From the human T2T-CHM13v2.0 reference genome, Homo sapiens, in assembly GCF_009914755.1 (NCBI RefSeq), contig NC_060926.1: a stretch of DNA of 64,000 bases; one strand, given 5' to 3'. Under the pieces are notes generated by a model. That model did no database searches. It was not told the origin of the DNA and saw nothing but the letters and a program-made list of their open reading frames with translations. A program made the position numbers and the translations under genes. Of the stretch, positions 1-14,000 are shown one piece after another. The stretch's first letter is position 1. Each line of letters starts with the position of its first letter.

Positions 1-19
1 GCTATTGTGAACAGTGTGG

Positions 20-284
20 AGGCCATTATCTTAAGTAAATTAATAGAATGCTGCGTGTTCTCACTTATAAGTGGGAGCTAAATGTTGTGTATATGTAGAC
101 ACAGAGAAGGGAACAGATATTGGGGTCTAGTTAGGGGGAGAGAGGAAGGTAGAAGGACAAGAGTTGAAAAAACCAACTGTGGGGTATTATGCTCACTACC
201 TGGGTGATGGGATCACTCATACCCCAGACCTCAGCATCACACATCGTACCCATGTAAGAAACCTGTACATGTACCTCCTGAATC
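20..284 (+). mobile_element. L1 (L1PB/old L1PA-like) 3' end fragment
   Basis: GGCCATTATCTTAAGTAAATTAA...TGTTCTCACTTATAAGTGGGAGCTAAA...TGGGTGATGGGATCA...AACCTGTACATGTACC matches the L1 ORF2-end/3'UTR consensus; subfamily judged by eye. Confidence 0.8.
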
Positions 285-384
285 CAAACTGCTCCACCAT
301 TTGCACCAGCAATTCCAAGACTGGGCATCTACCCAAAGGAAAAGAAGTCATTCTACCAAAAAGACACATGCATGGTAAAGTTCC

Positions 385-670
385 TTTTTTTTGTTTGTTT
401 TTTGAGATGGAGTCTCGCTCTATTTCCCATGCTGGAGTGCAGTAGCAATCTCGGCTCACTGCAACCTCTGCCTCCAGGGTTCAAGTGATTCTCCTGCCTC
501 AGCCTCTTGAGCAGCTGGGATTACAGGCATGCGCCACCATGCCTGGCTAATTTTTGTATTTTTAGTAGAGACAGGGTTTCACCATATTGACCAGGCTGGT
601 CTCGAACTCCTGACCTCAGGTGATCTGCCCACCTTGGCCCTCCAGAGTGCTGGGATTACAGTGCCTGGCC
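385..670 (-). mobile_element. Alu (AluS-like)
   Basis: Poly-T, then GAGATGGAGTCTCGCTC...GTGCTGGGATTACAG..CCTGGCC; degenerate target-site duplication (TSD) GTAAAGTTC/GTAAGGTTC. Confidence 0.95.
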
Positions 671-746
671 CTGTAAGGTTCATCACAGCACGACTTACAA
701 TAGGAAAGTCATGGAATCAACCTAGTTGCCCATCAGTGGGGTACCA

Positions 747-1530
747 GATAAAGCAAAAGTGGTTCTTCTACAGCATCGAATACTACACAGCCATGAAAAA
801 GAATAAAATCATGTCCTTTGCGGCCACATGGATGTAGCTGGAGGACATTATGCTTAATGAATTAACACAAGAACAGAAAATCAAATACCACATGTTCTTG
901 TCTGGATAAAGCAATTGTGGCCCTTCTACACCATGGAATACTACACAGCCACGAAAAAGAATAATGTCATGTCCTTTGCAGCCACATGGACACAGCTGAA
1001 GGACATTATGCTTAGTGAATTAATGCCAGGAACAGAAAATGAAATACTACATGTTCTCAACTGGATAAAGCAAATGTGGCCCTTCTACACCACGGAATAC
1101 TACACAGTGATGAAAAAAATAAAATCATGTCTTTGCAGCCACATGGATGCAGCCAGAGGGCATTATGCTTAGTGAATCAATATGAGGAACAGAAAATCAA
1201 ATACCACATGTTCTGCACTAGATAAAGCAAATGTGGTCCTTCTGCATCATGGAATACTACACAGCCATGAACAAGAATAAAATCATGCCCTTTGCAGCAA
1301 CGTGGATGAAGCTGAAGGGCATTATGCTTAGTGAATTAATGCCAGAAACAGAAAATCAAATACCACATGTTCTCAATTAGATAAAGTAAATGTGGTCCTT
1401 CCGCATCATGGAATACTACACAGCCATGAACAAGAATAAAATCATGCCCTTTGCAGTCACATGGATGAAGCTGAAGGGCACTATGCTTAGTGAATTAACG
1501 CCAGGAACAGAAAATAAAACACCACATGTT
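747..1530 (+). repeat. Five tandem ~159-bp copies of an L1 ORF2-terminal segment
   Basis: Unit start GATAAAG(C/T)AA at 747, 905, 1064, 1221 and 1380; each copy has GAATACTACACAG...ATGCTTA(G/A)TGAAT...AACAGAAAAT...ACATGTT. Confidence 0.92.
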
Positions 1531-1654
1531 TTTGCTTATAGGTGGGAGCTAAACATTGCCTGCACCTGGACACAATGAAGGGGCACCACAGACCCTCAGG
1601 ACTAATAGAGTAGGAAGCAGGGGCGGGGGTACAAGGGTTGAAAAACTACCCTGA

Positions 1655-2132
<478 letters not shown>

Positions 2133-2196
2133 TGAATCATTAGTGCATATATAAATATACATTTTATTTTTAGTACACATTATATACCTCAGGAAT

Positions 2197-2340
2197 GTAC
2201 AATGCTCAGCGCCTGGGTGACGGGATTATTCATACCCCAAACCTCAGCATCGTACAATATCCCCAGGACACAAAGCTGCCCGTGGATCCCCTGAATCTAT
2301 AATAATAATAATTAATAATAATAATAATAATAAATAAAAA
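2197..2340 (+). mobile_element. Terminal L1 3'UTR piece with (TAA)n tail; continues the L1 broken at ~1650
   Basis: TACAATGCTCAGCGCCTGGGTGACGGGATTATTCATACCCCAAACCTCAGCATC...CCCCTGAATCTA followed by TAA repeats. Confidence 0.8.
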
Positions 2341-2898
2341 GTGACTTTGTCATTCGCAGGGAAATGTGAATGACATTCACTCTGCCTCTCAGGCCCTTGG
2401 ATTCCCAAAGTTTGTTTTCGTCACGCCCAGGGGACACTCAGAATGTCGTTTGCCGAACACGGGTTGTTTTTCTTAGAAACGCCTTGCAAAACAAAATAGG
2501 AAGCAAAATCTTTCTCACTCCTTCCACTCCATAATAGACAAAATAAAATGAGGGGGCAGGAATCCAGAGACTTTGACCACAGTTGGCAGATTTATTGTGG
2601 TACAGACATGAAGGCAAGCAGTGTTCTCTCTGATTCTACGAACCGTACAGCCCGGGCCAGCTGCCTTCTGCTTTCTGGATGGTGCAGGCGTGAGCTCCAA
2701 GCCCAAATTTCACTGGAGCTCCAAGAATCGAGCCTGGCCCAGGCACTCACTGCACGGGGGCCAAGCGTGAAACCAGTGATCTCTCCAGCAAGGTAACAGG
2801 ACAGCTTGGTGATCCTTCTTGCCGGCCACAAAAGGTTATAGCCAGAATTCCACCGAATGTGGTCTTTCTGTGTCTCTCCCCAGATAGTGAAGCTGCAC

Positions 2899-3298
2899 AA
2901 ACCTGGGGGTGGGGGGTGGGGGGTGCTGACCTCAGTGGGGTGTCCTGGAGAGGCAGGAACCAGGGTTTACAGGGTGCAGATCCTACTGAAGCAAATGGAC
3001 GTGGCATCCGTGGGCAGAGCTGGCTGTGGCTGGCCTTCCAGCCTGGATGTCTCCACCCCCCCCGCCTGGGGTGTCACCAGATGCACCCAGAGACCCCTTC
3101 TAAACCTGGGGGGATGTGCTGACCTCAGTGGGGTTTCCTGGAGAGGCAGGAAGCTGGGTTTCCAGGGTACATATCCTACTGAAGCAAATGGACGTGGCAT
3201 CCTTGGGCAGAGCTGGCTGTGGCTGGCCTTCTAGCCTAGCCTGGACGTCTCCCCCACTGCCTGGGGTGTCACCAAATGCACCCAGAGACCTCTCTTCT
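2899..3298 (+). repeat. GC-rich direct tandem doublet, ~193-bp period
   Basis: TGCTGACCTCAGTGGGG..CCTGGAGAGGCAGGAA...ACTGAAGCAAATGGACGTGGCATCC...TGCACCCAGAGACC at 2924 and 3117; paired ORFs 2747-3007 and 2967-3200 both begin MPRPFASVG. Confidence 0.92.
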
Positions 3299-3392
3299 GA
3301 AAGCCCATTCATGGGAAGCCTCCAGGTCTCCTCAGCAGGCAGCATCACGTCTGATTTCACTGCGTTATCAGGTAATGCAGGCCTGTTCTACC

Positions 3393-4582
<1,190 letters not shown>

Positions 4583-4583
4583 C

Positions 4584-6078
4584 AGTGATTCTGGAGCAGG
4601 TGAGCTGATCACAAGTCTGAGCCGAGAATCCATGGAGCTCATTTACAACAGAAGCTGGGACCCTGTGCAAATCCTTCTGAAATATCCCCGGTTTACAGAG
4701 CTCCTAGGGGTGGGGAAGAAAAATTCCCTGACTTTTCAGCCTCAGGGAAAGAGAGAGACACCCCGCTGGCCGTACACCTCTGCTGTTTCTCAGAAAACAG
4801 GTGGGGTATCACTCTTTCCCAAATGACGGTGATTTTAAGAAGGGTTCACCTTTTGAAGAGACGTTTCTGCCCTGGCGATCCATACATATTGAACCCAAAT
4901 GAATATTTTTTAATTAAAAATTTTTATATAAATATACATTGTGCATATTTTATATTAATATATTGATATAAATATATTTTATTAATATAAACATGATTTT
5001 TATAGTTCATATAAATAAAGTTATATATAGTGTATATGTAAAATATACTTTTATTTGTGATACATAATTTTATAGATTAAATTTTATATACTAAGCAGTT
5101 ATATGTGATATATACATGCCATATAACATCATTTATATAATATATCTTTATGTAAATAAGTATATAATAAAATTGATCTTATATTTGTTAATACATAATT
5201 ATGTATATATACTATGTAAAAATAAAATTATATATTGTATGTGCATAATTATATTTCTATAAATACACGCTTATGTGTGTATTTATACATGAATGCCTGT
5301 GTTTGTGTGAGTACATCAGTGAGTGTGTGAATGTGTGTGTGTGCATGTGTGCCTGTGTTTGTGTGAGTGTAAGAGTGTTGTACATTTATACACACACATT
5401 TTGTTTTCTGGTTAATAACAAGATCTATCTTTGATTTAGGATATGAAGAATTCTTATAAGCAACCCCCCACACAAAATTTGTATTTATTTTAAAATATTC
5501 TTAAAATATGGGTTCTTTTATTTTTGCACAAACAGACAAGAGTGTTTTTTCTTTCCAAAACTTTTATTTCAAATTCTGACCCTGAGGAGCAGAAAAAGAA
5601 GAAAACATTGTGTAACCTTATATACTTTAGAAACATAAGTAGTTACTAAATGCAATACAGATTTTGACAACATGCATTTAGGAAAAATGAGGAATTCAAA
5701 CTCGTAGCTGCCTCAATATTGAACTTTCTAAAGTTTAATTCTTTTTAATTAAAAAATATTCATTTGGGTTCAATATGTATGGATCTCCAGGGCAGAAATG
5801 TCTCTCCAAAAAGTGAACCACTCTGAAAATCACCGTCATTTGGGAAAGGGTGATGCCCCAGCTGTCTTCTGAAAAATAGCAGAGGCTTCCGGCCAGTGGG
5901 GTGTCTCTCTCTTTCCCTGAGGCCGAAATGTCAGGGAATTTTTCTTCCCCACCCCTAGGAGCCCAGTAAACGGAGAATATTTCAGAAGGATTTGCACAGG
6001 GTCCCGGCTTCTGCTATTTATGAGCTCCATGGATTCTTGGCTCAGGCTTGTGATCAGCTCACCTGCTCCAGAATCACT
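4584..6078. repeat. Inverted repeat: 337-bp arms 4584-4920 and 5742-6078 with an ~820-bp spacer
   Basis: AGTGATTCTGGAGCAGGTGAGCTGATCACAAG (4584) is the reverse complement of CTTGTGATCAGCTCACCTGCTCCAGAATCACT (to 6078); ORFs 4563-4826(+) and 5836-6150(-) share SDSGAGELITSLS.ESMELI...DPVQILLKY...GVGKKNSLTF.PQGKRETP. Confidence 0.95.
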
Positions 6079-6715
6079 TCCCATCTTAGCTTCTGGGCTA
6101 AGACACCTCAAAACCAGCAAAGGAAAGTCCTCACTGGTCAACGCGTCCATCCCAACTCCCCCATCTCCCCTTAGGGTGGGTTTGGGGTTCGGGACTGCTT
6201 TACTGTTCCTTTCAAAGCAGACTGGGAGGTAAGATTTTATTCTGCTTCCAGAGGTTCAGGATTTCTGCAGACGGTCAGCAACTCTTTGCATCCTACTGGT
6301 AAAAGTTTTATATACTTTGTATTTATAGAAATACGCATTGTGTATATTTTATATGAATAGATTGATATAAATTATTTTAGTAACTTAACCATATGACTTT
6401 TATATTTTTATAAAAATAAAGTTATATGTAGTGTATATGTAAAATACTTTTATTTCTAATACATAATTTTATAGATTAAATTTAATATATTAAGCAAATA
6501 CTTTTATTTCTAATACATAATTTTATAGATTAAATTTAATATATTAAGCAAAAATATATGTAACATATATAATATATAACATCATTTATATAATATATAA
6601 CTTAATGTAAATAAGTATATAAAATTGATATTATATTTGTTAATACATAATTATACATATATACCGTGTAAAAATAAAATTACATATTGTATATGCATAA
6701 TTATATTTCTATAAG
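4921..6715 (+). repeat. AT-rich direct repeat pair (~4921-5262 and ~6322-6715); the second copy has an internal ~55-bp tandem duplication
   Basis: Shared runs such as TAGTGTATATGTAAAATA, TACATAATTTTATAGATTAAATTT, TTATATTTGTTAATACATAATTAT and TGCATAATTATATTTCTATAA; AAATACTTTTATTTCTAATACATAATTTTATAGATTAAATTTAATATATTAAGCA occurs twice in ~6442-6551. Confidence 0.85.
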
Positions 6716-7109
6716 TACAATTATATACTATGTATAATTATGTATAAAATAATTGTATAATAAAATTATATAATAAATTTTGAAATGTTATAAATTATTA
6801 TACATAGTATTTTATTGTATTAAATTTAGAAATGTGTTATATGTAATAAAATGTTATTATAATAAATGTAGATTATATAAAATCTTATTTATAATAAATT
6901 ACCTTATGTATAATTATAATATGAGAAAATAATTATATATCATTGTATTATAATAAATTTAGAGATGTTATACATTATTATATATAAAATTTCATTATAT
7001 TAAATTTAGAAATATATGTAATAAAATGGTATTATGTTAAAATTTTTATGTAACATTTTATTATACATGTATAATTTTATACGTTTTATAATATATAGAA
7101 TATAAGTAC

Positions 7110-7120
<11 letters not shown>
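6716..7120. repeat. AT-rich low-complexity sequence
   Basis: Almost only A/T, with degenerate TATAAT/TAAAT repeats. Confidence 0.8.
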
Positions 7121-9190
<2,070 letters not shown>

Positions 9191-9620
9191 CAGTCTCCGC
9201 AGGAAGCATGGTGCAGGTGGGATCTGGAGGTGACTCTGGGCTGCCAGAAGACGCCCCACTGCTTTGCGGCAGACACAGGTGGAGAGGTCCTCTCTGTAGC
9301 TTCAGCATGGACAGTGTGTGTGTCTTGCTGTGGGAACACTTCTTTCTGCTTCCCTCTCCACTGTGACCCCATCACACTCACTGACCTGCCCTCCTCCTTC
9401 CTCTCGCTCTCCGGGGCCCCTGTGGAAAGAGGGTCTTCCCTCCGTGCAGCAGGAACCCCCAGGACCATCCCCATGCTCCTGGGTTCTGAACTTCAGGGAC
9501 ATATGATCCTACCTGACCGGGCACAGGCTCTGTTCACCCTCAGGAACCCCTGTCCTCCCAGGCCACTGTGGACTGGAGAACTGGCCTCCTGAAAATCCAG
9601 AGAGAACTTAGCACTCACAA

Positions 9621-9906
9621 CTTCTTTCTTTTTTTCTTTTTTCTTTGAGACTGGATCTTGCTCTTTTCCCCAGGCTGGAGTGCAATGGCATGATCTCAGC
9701 TCACTGCAACCTCCTCCTCCCAGGTTCAAGCAGTTCATCCCGCCTCTGTCTCCCGAGTATCTGGGATCACAGTCATCCACCCCCGCGGCCAACTAATTTC
9801 TGTATTTTTAGTAGAGACGGGGTTTCACCATGTTGGCCAGGCTGGTCTCGAACTCTTGACCTCAAGTGATCCACCCGCCTCGGCCTCCCAAAGTACTGGG
9901 ATGACA
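9621..9906 (-). mobile_element. Alu (diverged, 5' end missing)
   Basis: T-rich tail, CCCAGGCTGGAGTGCAATGG...CTCGGCCTCCCAAAGTACTGGGATGACA. Confidence 0.9.
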
Positions 9907-10414
9907 TATATTAGCATGATGTATATTCTTCTATTCCTCCGGGGACTCACTGTCTTCTTGGGCAGTAAACCACTGTGCCCGGACTTCTCTGTCCACATCT
10001 GCACACATCTAAACCTCTGTAGATTCTGAGTTGTTTTTCCTTTTGCACAGAATGAGAGGAACTGAAGTCGGGAGGCCCAGCCCCAACACGGTCCCTGTGG
10101 CTCTGTGCTCAGGTGGTTTATGGCTGAGAAGGACTTGGGGGGTTGAGGGCTTCCTATCAGCCCAGGAGACATTACCTGGGTCTGGGAAGCCTGCTCTGCA
10201 CTTGTGGGTCTCGAATTGTCTGTTGCATTTACCTGCCTCATTATTTTTTCTTCCTGTCTCTCTTCTTACATATTTCTTTCGAATTTGGAGCTTGTTTTTC
10301 TTAACTACAATCAACTTGAATCATTACTGCATATATAAATATAAATTTTATATTGAGTAGACATTATATACTCAATCTACTACACATTCCAACACGGGCC
10401 ATATCTAAGACGAA

Positions 10415-11009
10415 TATTTATATTTAATGTTTAAAATATGTTTACATTTCATATAGAAAAATATATTTATATTTAATATATATGTGTATATTTAATACAG
10501 GAAATATATATTTATATTTAACATATAAAAATATATGTTTATATTTAATATGGGAAATATATGTCTTTGTTTAATATACATAATACATGTTGATATTTAA
10601 TATAGAAAATGTATAGATATATTTACTATGCAAAATACATGTTTATATTTAATATAGAAAATATGTTTATATTTAATGTACAGGATACATATTTACATTT
10701 AATATAGAAAATACATATTTATATTTAACATACACAGTATTTATATTTAATGTATAAAATATGTTTACATTTAATGTGCTGAATATATGCTTATATTTAA
10801 TGTCTAAAATGTCTATATTTAATGTACTGTATACATTAAATATACCAAATGTATTCTTATATTTAATGTATAAAAGAAGTTTATATTTAACATATAAGAT
10901 ATGTTTACATTTAATGTATAAAATGTTTATGTTTGATGTATAAAAGATGTTTATATTTAACGTATACAATTTATATTTAATGTACCAAATATATTATTAT
11001 ATTTAATGT
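10415..11009. repeat. AT-rich minisatellite, ~24-27-bp unit (TTTATATTTAATATAGAAAATATATG-like)
   Basis: TA(T/C)ATTTAA recurs about every 25 bp right up to the satellite junction. Confidence 0.85.
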
Positions 11010-14000
11010 CCAAGCCAGCCAAGCCAGTCAGCCAAGCCAGCTAAGCCACCCACCCAGCCAAGCCAGCCAAGTGAGCCAGCTAGCCAGCCAGCCAATCCAG
11101 CCAAACCAGCCAAGCCAGTCAGCCAGCCAAGCCAGCCAAGCCAGCCAGCCAGCCAAGCCAGCCAAGCCTGCCAGCCAGCCAAGCCAGCCAAGCAAGCCAG
11201 CCAGCCAAACCAGCCAGCCACCCCAGGAGCACCAGCCAGCCAGCCAACCCAAACAGCCAAGCCAGCCAAACCAGCCAGCCAGCCAAGCCAGCCAAGGCAG
11301 CCAAGCCATCCAAGCCAGCCAGGGAGCCAAGCAAGCCAAGCCAGCCAGCCAGACAAGGCAGCCAAGCCAGCAGGCCAAGCCAGCCAAGCCAAGCCAGCCA
11401 GCTAGCCAGCCAAGCCAGCCAAGCCAGACAGCCAGCCAAGACAGCCCAGCCAGCCAGCCAGCCAGCCAGCCGAGCCGGCCAAGCCAGACAGTGAGCCCAG
11501 CCAGGCCAGCCAGTCAGCCAGCCAAACCAGCCAGCCAGCCAAGCCAGCCAGCCACCCAGCCAAGCCAGCCACCCAGCAAAGCCAGCCAAGAGACCCAAGC
11601 CAGCCAGCAAAGCTGGCCAAACCAGCCAAGCCAGTGAGCCAAGCCAGCCAAGCCGGCCACCCAGCCAAGCCAGCCAAGCCAGCCAACCAGCCAGACAGCC
11701 CAGCCAGACAGCCAGCCCAGGCAGCCAAGAGACCCAAGCCAGCCAGCGAAGCTGGCCAACCCAGCCAAGCCAGTCAGCCAAGTCAGCCAAGCCGGCCACC
11801 CAGCCAAGCCAGCCAAGCCAGCCAACCAGCCAGACAGCCCAGCCAGACAGCCAGCCCAGGCAGCCAAACCAGACAAGCCAGCGAGCCAAGCCAGCCAAGC
11901 CAGCCAGCCAGCCAAGCCAGCCAAGCCAGCTAGCCAGCCCAGACAGCCAAGCCAGCCAACTAGCCAAGCCTCCCAGCCAGCCAAGCCAGCCAAGCCACCC
12001 AGCCAGCCAAGCCAGCCAAGCCGCCCACCCAAGCCGCCCAGCCAGCCAAGCCAGCCAAGTCACCCAGCTAGCCAGGCCAGCCACCCAGCCAGTGAGCCAA
12101 GCCAGCCAAGCCAGCCAGGCAGCCAAGCCAGCCAAGCCAGCCAAGCCAGCCAGCCAGCCAGCCAAGCCAGGCATGCCAACCAAGCCATCAAGTCAGCGAA
12201 GCCGGCCGGCTAGCCAAGCCAGCCAAGCCACCCAGCCAGCCAAGCCAGCCAGCCAACCCAGCCAAGCCAGCCAACCAGCCAAGACAGTCAGCTAGCCAAG
12301 CCAGCCAACCAAGCCAGCCAGACAGCCAAGCCAGCCAAGCCGGCCTGGCAGCCAAGCCAGCCAAGCCACCAACCCAGCCAAGCCACCCAGCCAGCCAAGA
12401 CAGCCAAGCCAGCCAAACCAGCCTGCCAGCCAAGCCAGCCAAGACATCCAGCCTGCCAAGCCAGCTGGCCAGCCAAGCTAGCCAATCCACTCACCCACTC
12501 AAGCCAGCCAAGTCACCCGGACAGCCAAGCCAGCCAAGCCAGCCAGCCAGCCCAGACAGCCAAGCCAGCCAGCCCAGACAGCCAAGCAAGCCAAGCCAGC
12601 CAAGCCACACAGCCAGCCAAGCAACCCAGCCAGCCAAGACAGCCAGCAAGCCAGCCAGACAGCCAAGCCAGCCAGCCACCCAGCCAGCCAGGCCAGCCAG
12701 CCACCAAGCCAGCCAGGCCAGCCAGCCATACAGCCAGCCAGGCCAGCCTGCCACCCAGCCAGCCAAGCCAGACAAGCCAGGCAAGACAGCCAGCCACCCA
12801 GCCAGCCAGTCAAGCCAGCCACGCAGCCAGCCCAGACAGCCAAGTCAGCCAGACAGCCAAGGCAACCAAGCCAGCCAACCAAACAAGAGAGCCAGCCAAC
12901 CAAGCCAGCCAAGCCAGCCAGCTAGCCAAGCCACCCAGCCAGCCAGCCAGCCAAACCAGCCAAGCCACCCAGCCAGCCAAGCCAGCCAAGCCAATCAGCC
13001 AGCCAGGCAGCCAGCCACCCAAGCCAGCCAAGCCAGCCAAGCCATCCAAGTCAGCCAGCCAGCCAGCCAGCCAAGCCAGCCAAGCCTCCCAACCAGCCAA
13101 GCCAGCCAAGCCACCTAGCCAGCCAGGCCCGCCAGCCAGCCAGCCAGCTAGCCAAGCCAGCCAAGCCAGCCAGGCAGCCAAGCCAGCCAAGCCAGTCAAG
13201 CCCGCCAGCCAGCCAAGACAGGCATGCCAGCCAAGCCAGCCAGGCAGCCAAGCCAGCCAAGCCAGGCAGCAAGCAAAGCCAGGCAGGCCAGCCAAGCCAG
13301 CTAGGCAGCCAAGCCAGAAAAACCAGCCAGCCAGCCAAGCCAGGCATGCCAGCCAAGCCATCCAGCCGGCTAAGCCAGCTGGCCAGCCAAGCCAGACAAG
13401 CCACCCGGCCTTCCAAGCCAGCCAGCCAAGCCAGCCAAGCCAGCCAAGCCAGCCAAGTCAGTCAGCCAGCCAGCCAGCCAAGCCAGCCAAGCCTCCCAGC
13501 CAGCAAAACCAGCCAAGCCACCCAGCCAGCCAAGCCAGCCAAGCCACCTAGCCAGCCAGGCCCGCCAGCCAGCCAGCCAGCGAGCCAAGCCAGCCAAGCC
13601 AGCCAGCCTGCCAAGCCAGCCGGCCAGCCAAGCTAGGCAATCCACTCAGCCACTCAAGCCAGCCAAGTCACCCGACCATCCAAGCCAGCCGAGCCAGTCA
13701 GCCAGCCCAGACAGCCAAGCCAGCCAAGCCACCCAGCCAGCCAAGCCACCCAGCCAGCCAAGCCAGCCAAGCCACCCAGCCAGCCAAGCCAGCCAAGCCT
13801 CCCAGCCAGCCAAGCCAGCCAAGACAGCCAAGCCACCCAGCCAGCCAAGCCAGCCAAGCCACCTAGCCAGCCAGGCCCGACAGCCAGCCAGCCAGCTAGC
13901 CAAGCCAGCCAAGCCAGCCAGGCAGCCAAGCCAGCCAAGCCAGTCAAGCCCGCCAGCCAGCCAAGACAGGCATGCCAGCCAAGCCAGCCAGGCAGCCAAG

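Larger units (their letters stand above)
295..1650 (+). mobile_element. Second L1 ORF2 C-terminal/3'UTR fragment, interrupted by an Alu and internally tandem-amplified
   Basis: CCAGCAATTCCAAGACTGGGCATCTACCCAAAGGAAAAGAAGTCA; ORF track gives YTMEYYTAxKKNxxMSFAATW, typical of the L1 ORF2 C-terminus; runs into the 3'UTR (GGTGGGAGCTAAACATTG) at ~1540. Confidence 0.85.

Noticed and set aside
915-1578. ORFs with L1 ORF2-like peptides
   Set aside because: Fragmented, stop-interrupted C-terminal remnants only.
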